Of a DNA stretch of 64,000 nt, positions 15,087 to 52,250 are shown in pieces. The translations under genes and the position numbers were made by a program. Source of the stretch: the human T2T-CHM13v2.0 reference genome, Homo sapiens. The DNA lies in NCBI RefSeq assembly GCF_009914755.1, contig NC_060938.1; one strand, given 5' to 3'. The notes beneath the pieces were generated by a model. That model ran no database searches and was not told the origin of the DNA. It worked only from the letters and a program-made list of their open reading frames with translations. Position 1 is the first letter of the stretch. Every line of letters begins with the position of its first letter.

Positions 15087-16705
15087 TTACTTATAGTGAT
15101 GATAGGGACAGTACGTACTGAAAAAGCTCAGCCCTATTTCTTTGATGATGGAATTATCTGCTGATGAAGCTCCAGAATAGCCAAGAAAGTTGGACGAGAA
15201 GACAGGGGCAAATGAGGTAGAGACTATTGCATTAAACAACTGCTTCCTTTTTCTTGAATGTTCAGAGACTTGTTAATGGAGTTTATCATATGGAAAAGCA
15301 CTGATGTGAAAGCTCAAGGAATCTCCTGGGTGGAAGTTGCACTAATTAGAACATTAACTAAATTAAATCACTGGGGAAGAGTGAATCCCAAAGGGAATAC
15401 GATAGAAAGGAGAAAGATACAGAAAAATTATTAATAATCCATGAGAGAGAGGAAGAAGGAGAGACAGCTTTTGCAGAAAACTGACCAAGAAGCAGGTTTT
15501 TAATAGTAAGCCAGAAGTTTACTTCCCATTCCCTTTTTCTAAAGTTTATCAGGAAAAGCTAATGGATCTAGCACTTCAAATTGGCACTGTTATAAGAGAT
15601 TTTATTCCTCTTAAAATAAATTCTTATCTAAAACTGTAGGATTGGCCAGAAGTGTTGGCATGAGAAAGAAGGGTTCATTAAAGAATTTTCATAGTGGGAA
15701 TCTGGATAAAAATCTCCTGTGAAAATAGCAGAGGCCTCCAAAAGAAGGCGTGAAGAGGAAGATGTATGTGGCAGATGGTGAGGTCTTTGTACATCATGTG
15801 TGTGATCTCATTATTTTGTTCTTCAATTAAGCTGAAGGCAAGACTGGTAGCAAAGTGGGGACAAGGTAGAGGTTTGGAAGTAGCATCAGGAACTATCCTA
15901 AATGATTCTTTGACTGGTTCTGTTGTCTATGAAACAACTACTGATACTTTAAAAAATTCCTTTGCAAGTAATGAGTTAGGACAAAGTAAAAACATTGCTG
16001 TAGAAGTAGTGATTCATAAGAATGGTTCTTACTCTTTCTGGGTAACAAACTCCTGTATGTAATGAAAGCTATGCACCCTCTCTACAGAGAAAAATATACA
16101 TTTATACACAAATACTTAATTTTATATATAGTTCCATCCTGGTTTAAGAACACTTGATTTATAAAATAATCTTCTGTAAGTAGAGTTATGATTAAAATTA
16201 TTATTATAAAAGATTTAGTAAGAGTTTATATTTGCAAATCTTTCAATTGAGCATTCCATAAACTAGATTAAACAGTAAAAACTGCCTGTCTTCTAGCTAC
16301 CTAAAATGCAACAAATAATGTTTGTATAGCCATATAAGGACATACATGTGTTACATCAAAGAAAAAAAAAAGCATGTGTCTTGATAGGAAAGGATAAGAA
16401 CATCTTGAGAAATGGTAAGCAATGGCAGAGTTATTTAAGGGCAACCCACAACCTCTTTTCAATATAGTCAGGAAATTTTAGAAAAATTATTGAATGCCCC
16501 ATGTGCAAGGCGGAGATCGGAGATGAGGACCATATGGTCTTTGTCCTCAGGCTGCATTCACTCTAGTGGGGTGGAGATAGGAGAAGGAAACAAATGATTC
16601 TAATATAAGGCAGCATTTGTTAAATGCCATATAAAAATTACAAAGCAAATTCTGGGGAGAGGGTTCAGACAGCAAGATCACACTTAACAGGAAATGAAAA
16701 ATGAA

Positions 16706-17005
16706 GGCCAGGCATGGCGGCTTATGCCTGTAATCCCACTACTTTGGGAGGCTGAGGCAGAAGGATTGCTTGAGTCCAGAAGTTTGAGGCAACATATTGA
16801 AACCCTGTCTCTAAGAAACAGCAACAACAAAAAATTAGCCAGGCATGGTGGTGCATGCCTGTAGTCCCGGCTACTCAGGGGGCTGAGGTGGGAGGATCAC
16901 TTAAGGCTGGAAGGTTGAGGCTGCAGTGAGCCATGTTCATGCTACTGCATTGCAGCCTGAGTGACTGTCTCAAAAAAAAGAGACCCTGTCTCAAAAAACA
17001 AGCAA
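16706..17005 (+). mobile_element. AluJ within L2 remnants
   Basis: Diverged dimer with a duplicated 3' end (ctgtctcaaaaaa twice). Confidence 0.85.
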
Positions 17006-17522
17006 AAATGACCCTCACACCTTCTTTTTCCCGCTTTTGTGTGTAAATTACTTGTTGTTTTTTAATAGGAAAATGTCATATGGCCACTCCAAATAGAAGG
17101 ACTAGGTGACACATTTTTATGCCTGTAAATCAGTTTATATATATGGAAAGTATAGAAATTAAGACAGAAGAGGTGAACCACGGCCACATTGTGGCTGGCT
17201 TTAACTGTCAGGTAGAGGAACCTGTGCCTAATTCAGTTGACAATGGTAATTCGTTGAAGGCTTTTATCAAGGCACAGATAGGATCAGTACTGTGCTTTAG
17301 GAAAATTAAGCTAGCAGCAGTATGTAGGATGGCTAGAGTGAAGAGATATAGGAGACAGACTATTACAGTCATCAAGGGGAGAAGTAACCGGGGCCTGAAC
17401 GATGGTGGCTGGGAAAGTGGAAAGCATGAGAATGTCAGGCTGGGGAACCTATAGGCCACTGAAGGTTTTTAAACTGGGGAGTGCACTGGGGGCTTTAGAA
17501 AACTCTCGAAAAAAAACAAACA

Positions 17523-17705
17523 GGCTGGGTGCAGTGGCTTATCATGTCTGTAATCCCAGCACTTTGGGAGGCTAAGCCAGGAGGATTGTTTAATCCCGGA
17601 GTTTGAGGCTGCAGTGAGCTATGATGACACCACTGCACTCCAGACTGGGTGATAGAGCAAGACCCTGTCTCTAAAAACAAGCAAACAAAAAACAAGCAAG
17701 CAAAA
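17523..17705 (+). mobile_element. Alu monomer (FAM/FRAM-like)
   Basis: Single arm with A-rich tail. Confidence 0.8.
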
Positions 17706-18009
17706 AATCTTCTTCAGTATTTTAGAGATATCCTCTTCTAACCTAAATTTCCGCCTGAATAGAAAAGGGCCCCAGCTACATGAAGGAGATTAAGTCCATT
17801 TTAATCTTTTGATAAGTAACTATTGAATCCTTTATCAGATCTTGTCCTATCTGTATTTTCTTCTTCCCTTGATGTAGTAAACTTCTTGCATAGAATTCAG
17901 AGGAAAAAGGTACTGCGAGCAATTTGAAAAATCAGAATTTATTCTAAGCAAATAAAGGGCTATCTATAGTCCAACATGTAACATAAATTCCTTATCATAT
18001 ATATTTTTA

Positions 18010-18327
<318 letters not shown>

Positions 18328-18349
18328 TTAGTAGTGGCTATTCCTTGAA

Positions 18350-19618
<1,269 letters not shown>

Positions 19619-19646
19619 TAATTTTCCAATTGCTCCCAAATATGAC

Positions 19647-19712
19647 ATACCCTTAGAGCTGACACTTGCACATTCCAGAGGACACTATTCACAGAGAATA
19701 TAATGTGAACAG
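19647..19712. mobile_element. Palindromic MER91-like hAT MITE remnant
   Basis: Inverted repeat ccagaggacactattcaca / tgtgaacagtgtcccctgg. Confidence 0.5.
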
Positions 19713-19727
19713 TGTCCCCTGGAGTAG

Positions 19728-20068
<341 letters not shown>

Positions 20069-20239
20069 GGTGCCTTTGTTCTTGGTCTTCTTCGTATAGA
20101 CTACTTGCCCCTTGCCTCTGCCCTAACTCTTCCTTCAAGGCCCAGCTCAAGTTCTACGAGTTCCATGAACTCACCACCCACTGCCCCAGCCATTGATAAT
20201 CACCCCCTCCTCTTGATTCCTAGATTAGTGGTCTGTACG

Positions 20240-20363
20240 TATGGTGACCATATAATTTATCATCCAGATTGTATATTTGCTTGTTAAAAGGGTCACAATT
20301 ACTCTGAAACCACAGGTATGAACTGGGACTGTCCAGGACAAGCTGGGCCATATGGTCAACCTA
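20240..20363. mobile_element. MER94-like hAT-Blackjack MITE
   Basis: TIRs ggtgaccatat ... atatggtcaacc. Confidence 0.65.
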
Positions 20364-21564
20364 CTTATATATTACCCTTTGGCACTTGGTATGTGTTATC
20401 TGGTAGTTTTTATTTGTTTGTTAAAATGTATGTATGTATTTAAATGCATATATCTAATCTCCTCAAGATAGTAAATCATCCGAGTATAAATTATGTATTC
20501 TCTTTGTGTGTTCTCCTGGTGCCTGGCCAGCGTCTTACACATAATATACACTAAAAGTTGTTTGTTCATCATGATGATGTCTTTACTCTGTTGTTTAGGA
20601 ATGAAACATGGGTTAGGAATAAACCTTCAAATCAGAAAATTCACTACCCAATTTTCCTTCTGGCAAAAATACAAAAACCTCTATGTCCCCAGAAACAGAT
20701 AGTGACATCAAAAAATGTCCTCAAGATTTTGCTGAGGACTGGATTGAGGCCTCTGGCACAAGGCTCTGCCCTGTTGCCTTGTTGCTGAATAATGTCATTC
20801 GTCTGTATCTTGACGCATCCTCTTTGCATTGCTTTGTCACACAGCAGAAAGATAACAGCCCCAACCAGAGGACTTACAGAAATCAAATCAAAATAAAATT
20901 ATTTCTAAGGAAATGCTGTGGTGGTTAACTTACCTGAAACCAAATGCTTGGAAGTCTTGACTTGCTTATTTTGCTTAATTAACACCTGGCCCCAGTTCAG
21001 CATTATCCCTGCTCAACCACCAGGAACTAAAGAAAGAGAAGGAAGAAGATCTAAAAACCAAAAGAAAGACAGCAGTCATGAGAGCGAACGCTCTGAAAAT
21101 GAACTAGAACACAAACTAAAAAACGAAAGGCATGTGGGTAAGAGATAATTAGGACAGAATCATCTCTCAGGAGTAAACACTTAACAAAATAATGCAACAA
21201 AAGAGTAGCAGGTCAGAATCACATGGGCGTGTGAGTCGATGTTGAAAAGCCCCAGAAGGGAACACCATTTTGTTCAAACTACTGACAGCTTGGGCCTTTT
21301 TAAAATTCCTCCTACCAAATAGGTGATGATAGTAGCATTCATTGATTTGTACATGGATGATATAAGGATGTTTCCCTTTGACTACTCCTCTAAAATTTGG
21401 TTCTCAGAGAGAGATTTCACCTGTAAATGTCTGGTCTAGCATTTTTGCTTGTATCTGCGAGAGTCTCCGAGCCCCTCATAACATCAGTAGTCTTAATACG
21501 CACAATAATCTGTCTAGAGATTCTCTAAATATTCTCAAGTTTGATAAAGAGCTTCTTAGAGTCT

Positions 21565-22178
<614 letters not shown>

Positions 22179-22649
22179 TTATGATCTTTTAATACCTGGA
22201 CTTCTCTGGAATTATTGGATATATTGACCTCTTGGAGTTCCCAGTTCTTCCTTTGGTTCTTTTTAACTTGAATGAAGTCATCACTTGCCTTGGAAGATTG
22301 AAGTCAGGAATAGGCAACTTAAATAGTAGATGTGCCACGAAAGTGTATTTTCTATCTCATTTGTCCTATCATTCCGCTTCCTTTTCCCTTTATCTCTCAT
22401 TCCCTTCTTTCTACTTGTGATTTTCTTTCACCCTTTCCCTCTACTCCCAATCTTTCCTTGAGTATAGTTAGAGCCCTTGGTGGCAGGTAGGGTCGAACAG
22501 TGTTGATTTAAGCATTGATCTTAGATGCAAAGGGTATATTAAGTGACTTCTTAAGACTTTTCTTAACTCTGGGATTCGGTTGCAGTTAATTACCATCCCT
22601 TGATTACTAGCCACTTGTTCTTATATCTTTATTAGGTCCATTGGAATCA

Positions 22650-22870
22650 TCTTCATCATAGCTAACATTTATGGAATACTTAATACATATGTCAGACCGT
22701 GTGTAATGTGGATTCTCTCCTTTAATTCTCACAGCAACTCCATGAAGAAGGTGCATTCCCATTTTGCAAATGAGGGAAAGGGAACAGAGAAGTTAGTACC
22801 TTTCCCACAGTGTTTCATCACGGCTAATAAGTCACAGAGCCGGGCTGCGAGTCCACATTTGTATGTCTCC
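22650..22870. mobile_element. MIR
   Basis: Core motif tttaattctcacagcaac...cccattttgcaaatgaggga. Confidence 0.65.
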
Positions 22871-23487
22871 ATACCACCACTTTGGTAGAAAATGTGATCC
22901 TGGTATATGGTAGGAAGAAGCTTGAGCAATTTAAAATCCATTATATAACCTTCATAAGCGCTGGGCCGAGGCATAACTATGAAGCCAATATCCCCTGACT
23001 AAAGGGTCAAAACTTTATCCTCTTCATGAAAGGATGTGACATTACTTAGATCAATGCAACCTCCCCTATGTACCACCCCTTACAAACTTGTTTCTCAGCA
23101 TTTCTGCACTTTTGCACATGTTGGTCCTTGTGTCGGGGGAACACCCTGCCCAACATTCCCTAATGTCTAAGCTTAAAGAGTCTGCGGAGGGATCAACACT
23201 TCTGGAAAATCATTGCTGAGACTGTGTCCTCTCCTCTCTCTGACCTCTCCCAGGCTGCCCTTTATCTGGGCCCCAGGAGCATCCCGAAGAGCAGTTATTA
23301 CACTGTATTGTGATCACTGGTTTTTCTTGCCTTGCCCCCTGACTGTGAAAGATGGGCATGAGGCAGATACCCCAAACATTATATGAGTGAAATTGAATTC
23401 CTGAGCTTTAATATCATCATATTACTTCTTCCAGGTATATTTACATTTTGAGCACCATTCTGAATTTTGAAATGAAATGCTCTCTGA

Positions 23488-23893
<406 letters not shown>

Positions 23894-23946
23894 GATCCAA
23901 TTATTTATAAAAGAGATACATAAAATAGTGTATAGAACCAATTGAA

Positions 23947-24273
<327 letters not shown>

Positions 24274-25262
24274 CTAAACTTCCAGGAATGAAGTAACAAA
24301 CTGCTAAGTTTATAGGTCATTTCCTAGAGAACAAGGAGGTGTTAAATTGGATGATATTAGGGCACGTCCTTCTTGTTGAGTCATCCATGTCTTAGGCAGA
24401 ATCTTTCCTCTGGTGGGCACAGAATGAAGACATGATTTAGCAATTAATTTATTGGTAATTTATTAGAACAAAAGGTATTATTCTCTAACCAAAACTCTCT
24501 TAATTTTTGTTTGTTTGTTTTCTTTCTCAAATTTCAAAACCATTGAAAGCAAAGACCTGGAGTGAACAGAGCAAAATCCAGATGAGACAGGTGGAATGGT
24601 AACTGCCTTTGGCTATGGAATTTGGAGTAAGGTGGTGGGAAGGGTGAAACTGTGTGTTCAGCTTTTGTAATCAATCAAAAATACTTACTGAGCACTTATG
24701 TGTCAGGTATAATGCTAAATCCTGGGAAACAAGCATGATTCTCAAGTTTGCAGTCAAGAGCTGACTGCGCATACTATAATAGGGGAATTAATAAACTGTT
24801 ATTGTAGGTACTTGGAAAGGGATACTAATAGGCAATCTTTATGGAGGAGGTGATATTTGAGCCATGTCTGAGAACCTGAATATGAATTCAATAAGGAGAC
24901 AAAGGGCTATTCTGGGCAGAAGGAGCAGCACACAAAAAGCTAGAAAGAGGACTTTGGTGTGGTGAGGGCCATGAGGAATTGGTGAGGTTAGAAACAGGAA
25001 ATGTGGGATGACAGCAGGAAGGGAGGTAGGGAGCAGCAGGACACGGGGCTACAGAAGTAGACTGGGCCAACTTTTAAAAAGTCGTGGGTGCTGTAGGAAG
25101 GAATTTGGTCTTTATCCTGAGGGCAATAGGGAATCATGGAGCTTTTAAAGCAGTGACATACTGAGATTTATGATAATTGTTACGTTCTTGGCGCTGTCTA
25201 CTGTAGTTGCTTAATAATATACCTCAGTTCTCTCAAACCTTGCTATGCACTTTCTTATTAGT

Positions 25263-25562
<300 letters not shown>

Positions 25563-26567
25563 TAGTTCTCAAAGAGGATATTGTAAAGAGAAAAAAGTAC
25601 AAAGAACTAGAAGGGTTGGGAATCTGTGATTAGGTAGAACCCAAAGTAGCACTTACAAGGAAGGCTCCCTTTCTCTTTGTGCCTTGAGGTAACTTTCCAA
25701 ATCCACTTCCTGGAGGAGCCTGGCCTTTCTCCTTCTCCATCTCCCGTGGTTTCCCTCCCTAACACGACCCTTTTACCACGGCATCCTCTCCAACACAACA
25801 TGCTCACTCAGTTTTTCCAGTTACACACAAATCACCTTGTACAAATTTGTTAAAGTACACAGTCTCATATTATCCACTTCAGCAGACACACATTCACACA
25901 TCGGGCAGTTTGAGTTATTGCCAGTCCTCTTCCTTAATTTATTATCCTCCCTTCTACCACCTCAGGCTTAAGGCCAGAGTTACTTTTCTTAAAACCCTTA
26001 AGTCATATGTAGAAACACGTATACCGAAAACATTTGTGTATCATTTTATAAAGCAAGCCAATGAGGTAGGTATATTTATTATTGTCATTATTTTACAGAT
26101 GAGAAAATTGAAGACCAGCCAATAAGCAACTTGTTTAGGGTCCTTGAATTATTAAGTTACAATGAGGACTAAAATCTAATGTTTTAACTGTAAATCACCA
26201 TGTTATTTTCCAAATATTCCTTGCAGCTTCTATATACCCCTTCTCTATTCCAAGTCAAAACTACTCTTTTCAACACTACCCAAGTTTTTTGATTTCTATG
26301 GATTTTGTGCCTGGGTTACCTTGAAGTAAACCCTCCATCTGCTAGCCATTCTCCAGGACAAAACAGAAGTCTCTTGACTTCCCTTTCCTCACTTCCCCGG
26401 TTTCTCTAAAAATTCCAAACTCCTTTACCTCTCAGAGTCCATATAGGTGAAAGAGAATAAAAGTCTGCTCTAAGTCTTACTATGTCCTTGAGGCACACAT
26501 TGCGGGGGAAAAAACCCACAATAAAATATCTGAAACCCAATTGCATTTTGATTATTAAATTCCTTCT

Positions 26568-26706
26568 GGCTAGTTGTGGTGACTCATGCCTGTAATCCCA
26601 ACACTGTGGGAGGCCGAGGCAGGAGGGTTGCTTGAGCCCAGGAGTTCGAGACCAGCCTGGACAACACAGTGAGACTCATCTCTATATACATACATACATA
26701 CATAAA
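26568..26706 (+). mobile_element. FLAM Alu monomer
   Basis: Left-arm monomer with a (TACA)n tail. Confidence 0.8.
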
Positions 26707-26899
26707 ATATTAAAAAATCCACCCCAATCCATGCAAGATTTGAGAGATAATATTTCCCCAGAAGCTACCATTTAAGAGATTTCGACATACCTGGTGAAAA
26801 CTTTATATGGAAATGATAATCTGTATTTGAAAAAAAGTGAGGAGAGCAAAAAAAACAGAATCAGAGGGAAATAATGGCTATTCCCTTGCTTTTAAGTGT

Positions 26900-28325
<1,426 letters not shown>

Positions 28326-29402
28326 TGTGCTTGAAAGGCTTGAGTTTATCATCTGAATAGGGGAAGTAGCCTGAAGTTGGGCAGGAGAACCCTAAAGGGA
28401 AGAAAGTCTAACTCTCCCATTGAGCTAAGAAAAAAACCTGCTGACCCTGAACTTCTAGGAGTGCTTTTGTACCTGTCCTCAGCCAGGCTCACCTGTATTC
28501 ACTGGGTTAACCCAGAAATGCTGCTAATTCATTCATATCAGGCAGGTGACATCAGGTGATGACAACCACAGACTCTTATTTCACACTTTCCCTGAAACAA
28601 TGGAAAGAATGACCTATACCTTCACCAAGCAGATGAGCTTCCTCTACTCCATCTGTGAAATGGGTCTGAGGATACTACCATAAAGGCTGGGGCACTTATT
28701 TGCTCCTTTCAACAAAAGATGAAAATAATAGATATGATCAGCATTGTGTCATCACTTCAGACTCTTGGCTTAAGACAGCATAAGACAAAAGAAAAAATAG
28801 AAAGAAGGTGTTAAAAGGAGAGTCAAACTGCACTCTTTAGGGAAAATTTTCATCTTACCACAGGGATGTAGTTTAGCACATGTAACTGAGCCAGCAATTA
28901 GGGCCATTTTAACATTTAGATTTTCTTTAATCAATTCCTTTTACAAGAGGTGATCTCATACGTAAACTGCAACATGGTTTGTTTGATATATCTCATGGAC
29001 ATCACATATTTATTAGAGACCCATAGGGGCAGGGTATTTCCCCAGAGAAAATTCTATTAGAAGATAAAATTGATTTTGCAAATTTTATTTTATATAGTTA
29101 CCTATAAGAGAAAATATTTTTCTGTTTATTGTTTTTCTTATGTTACATCACTACTTGTTCATTTCATTCAGGTGCTAATCTTCTGCTTTGTAGCCTCTAT
29201 TTTCCTTTCTCCCATCTGTCAACCTCAGATACTTTTATATTCCCATTACCACAGTCACACTTTAATTTCTGGTCCTGGCTACCTCTTCCCCCAAGTCTCA
29301 TTTCCTGCCTCTCTTCTCTGAATGTGGCTAGATTTAAATGGAGGACTTCATTGGATAGATAGCCCTGAGCTCTTGAGCTTTTGTGACCATAAATATGACA
29401 AC

Positions 29403-29700
<298 letters not shown>

Positions 29701-30017
29701 ACCTTTTTTTTTTTTTATCTTGCTCATTTTAATAACAAGTTATGATATAACTCTGGGAAGGTAAAAAAATTTCATAAATATGTAGATTGTCTTTCATGCC
29801 TTAGAATATGAAATCAATTCATGCTAATGGGTGTACTCTTTAAGATCTATGACTTTAGTGTAATTTTTAATTAATTTATTTTTGTTGTGTATATTCTCAG
29901 TGATGAGGCAGAAAGCTATACATCTCCCCCTTGTGGTTCCTGCTAACGTCTGCCTTTGGCATGTCCATTTTTTTCCCAGTTCCAGTAAGTCCCAATAAAA
30001 TGCAGCTAAAATAATCT

Positions 30018-30316
30018 TTTTTATTTATTTATTTTTTAGGGACAGAGTCTCACTCTGTTGCCCAGGCGGGGGTGCAAGCAGCATGATCATAGCTCATTAC
30101 AGCCTCAAACTCCTAGGCTCAAGAGATCTTCCCATCTCAGCCTCCTGAGTAGCTAGGACTGCAGGTGCACACCACCACACTAGGCTAATTTAAAAATTTT
30201 TTGAGGTCATCACTATGTTGCCCAAGCTGGTCTTGAACTCCTGGCTTCAAGCTACCCTCCTGCCTTGGCGTCCCAAAAGTGCTGGGATTACAGGTGTGAG
30301 CCACCACACCCAGCCT
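30018..30316 (-). mobile_element. AluJ
   Basis: Diverged antisense dimer; TSD taaaataat. Confidence 0.85.
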
Positions 30317-30645
30317 AAAATAATTTTAAACCACAACTCTGGCAACACTCTCCTGCTCAAACCTTCAGTTGCTCCCTACCACATGCAGAATAAAATCCAA
30401 ACTCCTTGGCATGGTTCACCTGAAATTTCTATACAAAACAAAACAAAACTCTGCTTTTTGAAATTCTAAACATGCTTTAAGGCCCAAATTCCTCTTTCCT
30501 AATCCTCCCCCTGGGTGTAGTCTCACCATTTTGTGTTCTTATACCCCAATCTGCCAGTAATTATTAGTATTTGTGCTCATTTTATCTCTCAGACTAAATT
30601 GTAGCTGGGGAGTAGCAAAGGATTAAAAGTCAGTATTAGGCTTTA

Positions 30646-31285
<640 letters not shown>

Positions 31286-32024
31286 AGAAATTGAGATAAG
31301 GATAGCAACAGAGTCCTAGCCCTGGCTGACTACTGAGTAGCTTTGTTACCATAGACAAGACCTTTAACCACTCACTTCTGTGGTTTCCTTATCTGAAAAG
31401 AGGAGACATATTTTTCTTACCAACCACATAGGATTGTAATAGCATAAAATTAGAAACTGAAATGAGGACACTTTTGAAAGGTTGAAAATGTCATACAAAT
31501 GGGAGGTATTATAATTATTCTAAGAATAAGGTAAACTCTGATGGCTCTAGTTCATGCAGTGTTTCTTAGCACACCTATGATTTTTAATAACAGTTGCAGA
31601 TACTTACTAGAAGTTGAAATACTAAAGGTTACAACTTCAGTGCTTCCGTGGAAAAATAATTCCCATATTAGCAAACCCATTTAAACTGGTGTGCTTTGAA
31701 ATGGTTATTAATCTCTTCTTTAAGGAATCTGGATCCCAGAGTCTCCCAGGCTCCCCAATCTTTCTTCCCTGACATGACAGCAATAAAGCAGGGCTGAGGG
31801 AGGATGTTGATGTTCCCATTGGGGTAGAGGAGTGTGATAAAGACGCATTGTTCAGAAACAGAGACAAACTTCGGAGATTCGTCTGCAAGTTAATTAGGTC
31901 GTTGCGAATAAATAAGATGCTTTCAATACAGAGAGAAAGGATGAGGCGGGGCAACAAGCACAAGCATTTTGAGACCCACAGGATTGGGAAATGATGCAGG
32001 AACAACTGACCTGGCCATTTTTCT

Positions 32025-32690
32025 TTCTTTCTTTCTTTTCTTGGAAGCACATATGTTTATTGGTTTTTTAATCTGTGAACCAATAGGTCATTTATAAATG
32101 GATGTGCAAATCTGAAATCAAAATATCTGCAGTCAATTCAATTAGATAATTTTTGAAATCTATTTATTTTTAATATACTTTAAGTTCTAGGGTACATGTG
32201 CACAACGTGCAGATTTGTTACCTATGTATAGATATGCCATGTTGGTGTGCTGCACACATTAACTCGTCATTTACATTAAGTATATCTCCTAATGCTATCC
32301 CTCCCCCCTCCCCCCACCCCACGACAGGCCCCGGTGTGTGGTGTTCCCCACCCTGTGTCCAAGTGTTCTCATTGTTCAATTCCCACCTATGAGTGAGAAC
32401 ATGCGGTGTTTGGTTTTCTGTCCTTGCGATAGTTTGCTCAGAATGACGGTTTCCAGCTTCATCCGTGTCCCTACAAAGGACATGAACTCATCCTTTTTTA
32501 TGGCTGCATAGTATTCCATGGTATATATGTGCCACATTTTCTTAATCCAGTCTATCATTGATGGACATTTGCATTGGTTCCAAGTCTTTGGTATTCTGAA
32601 TAGTGCCACAATAAACATACATGTGCATGTGTCTTTATAGCAGCATGATTTATAATCCTTTGGGTATATACCCAGTAATGGGATGGCTGA
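32025..32690 (-). mobile_element. 5'-truncated L1PA 3' end (about 32161-32690) plus about 120 bp of 3'-transduced sequence
   Basis: Contains the ORF2 C-terminus (ORF-track 32376..32813 includes ...AIPLLGIYPKDYKSCCYKDTCT...HRMFSLIGGN) and the 3'UTR. An 18-bp TSD lies at 32007-32024 and 32691-32708. Confidence 0.9.
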
Positions 32691-33363
32691 TGACCTGGCC
32701 ATTTTTCTATTTACATAGTGCTTGCCCGCCACTGAGGTGCTTCTGTGACACCTGAGAGAGATAGAAATACGTTCCTCGTTGCTATGTCCTCCAGAGGACT
32801 CTGGAATGACCAATTATTACTAATATTTTAAGTGTTTTTTTAGGAGATTTTCTGCAGCACTCTGAGTGTCTCTTCCCAAACACTTCGGTTACTGTTTATT
32901 CACCTGCTGAGATCTGGTCTCTTATTCACTCTCATTGCCTTAAGAAATGGTACAGAAATGTATTCATTAACATTTCAGATTTGTATATGCGGTAGCGAGA
33001 AATAATTCCCTTTCTTGTGTGTCGTGATTTGCCTTTCTTGTCAGCCTAAGCTCAGGAAGGTGTCTGTGAGAACTTCGCTCAGCCCAAGATCCCTTTCCCT
33101 TCCCGTCACATCTGTTAGCGCACAAGATTTCTTCGTCTGTCTCCAAAGGTTTCTGAAGCCCCACCCTTTGCCCACGCACGGTGCCAAGGAGACTGTGCCC
33201 TGCCTTGACAACAGTTGCTAAGGGGCGGAGACTTCGGCTCGGTTCCCGAGACGGAATACCCAGGAGTCGAGTACTTGGGCGCATGCGGCAACCGTATCTC
33301 AGTTCTCGCGAGGTTTCGTCTTCCCGGAAGCGTTGGAGGACATTCCCTGTTGACTGCGTCGCG

Positions 33364-51099
<17,736 letters not shown>

Positions 51100-51359
51100 G
51101 GATCCTTCTACAGATCTGTTATAACTATATTGTGTTGGTTTACAATACAGCAAGCCTGATGGTTTGTCTTATTTCATTCATACTGAAAATTCTTTGCATA
51201 TTTTTTTTCTGCTTAGACTTACTTATTCTTTGAGGAAAAAAGGTAATGTAGGAGCTCATTGTTCTCTAGAGCTGAGCTCTTCTGCTAAAGTTCAAAGTTC
51301 ACATCAGTGTAGCCAGAGTGAAGCATCTTTGTTAGCAGTTATGTGGTCAGAAAACAACT

Positions 51360-52250
51360 AGAATGGGAGCACACCTGGTGCCCAGATTTTGGTTTCCAAT
51401 AAAAGGAACCAGGACTCCTTAGAAAATGAACTGATTCTAGAACTGGGATATGAACTGTACAAGATGAGCCTAGAGTATCTTGTGCCACAGAAAAATGAAG
51501 TACTGAAATTAAAAAAAAAAAATCATAGTGATTGGGAGTATGTCAGCATGATCGAACTGAAGGATCTCTGAAAGGCCACAGCTGGAGCAATTTGAGTAAC
51601 AAAATAAAGTAGTATTGGGTTATAACCCAAACTATATAATAAATATTTACAAGCCCAAACTAATATAAATGATTGAATGGGAACAAATCTCTTGTGCAGA
51701 AGAATTTCAAATAATTTATGTAGATACTCCCCACTTAGTGGGCTCTGCATAGTGACTTCCTTGCAGAGTATAATATGGAAAGGGGGGAAAAGAGTAACTT
51801 TACAGTGGAGAAATCTGACAGACACCAGCTCAGCCAGGTGATTGAGGTTAACATCATCCATGATAAGCCCTTTTGATAGCATGTATCCTTGATAGCATCA
51901 CATCATACAGAATGTGATAAGAATGGCACTTTACCTCTGTGGTCCTCCTCCCCAGAACTCAGAACCCAAGTCTGATCAGGAGAAAAACATCACACAAATT
52001 CCAATTGAGAAGCATTCTTTAAAATACCTAACCAGTACTTCTCAAAACTATCAAGGCCATAAAAAACAAGGAAAATCTGAGACATGGTCACAGCCAAGAG
52101 GAGCCTGAGAAGACATGACTGCTAGATGTAATGTGGTATCCTACATGGAATTATATACCACGAAAAGAAAAAAAGGTCATTTGGTAGAAACTAGGGAAAT
52201 CTGAATACAGTGTGGACTTCAGTTAATATAAATGAGAAAATGGTTTCATT
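51360..52250 (+). mobile_element. Old L1M (L1MC/ME-type) 3'-end fragment in the CHURC1 3'UTR
   Basis: Matches gagtaactttacagtggagaaa...tgtaatgtggtatcct...gtgtggacttcagttaata. Confidence 0.6.
51398..51403 (+). terminator. CHURC1: Candidate proximal poly(A) signal of CHURC1 (another at 51603-51608)
   Basis: AATAAA about 300 nt after the stop codon; actual usage cannot be shown from sequence. Confidence 0.4.

Noticed and set aside
20683-21148. Protein-like ORFs in non-repeat sequence (81 and 76 aa)
   Set aside because: No recognisable homology or convincing exon structure. A PhyloCSF or tBLASTn check would be needed to revive them.
32376-32813. 145-aa ORF with CCHC-like residues
   Set aside because: It is the C-terminus of L1 ORF2 in a truncated element, not an independent gene.
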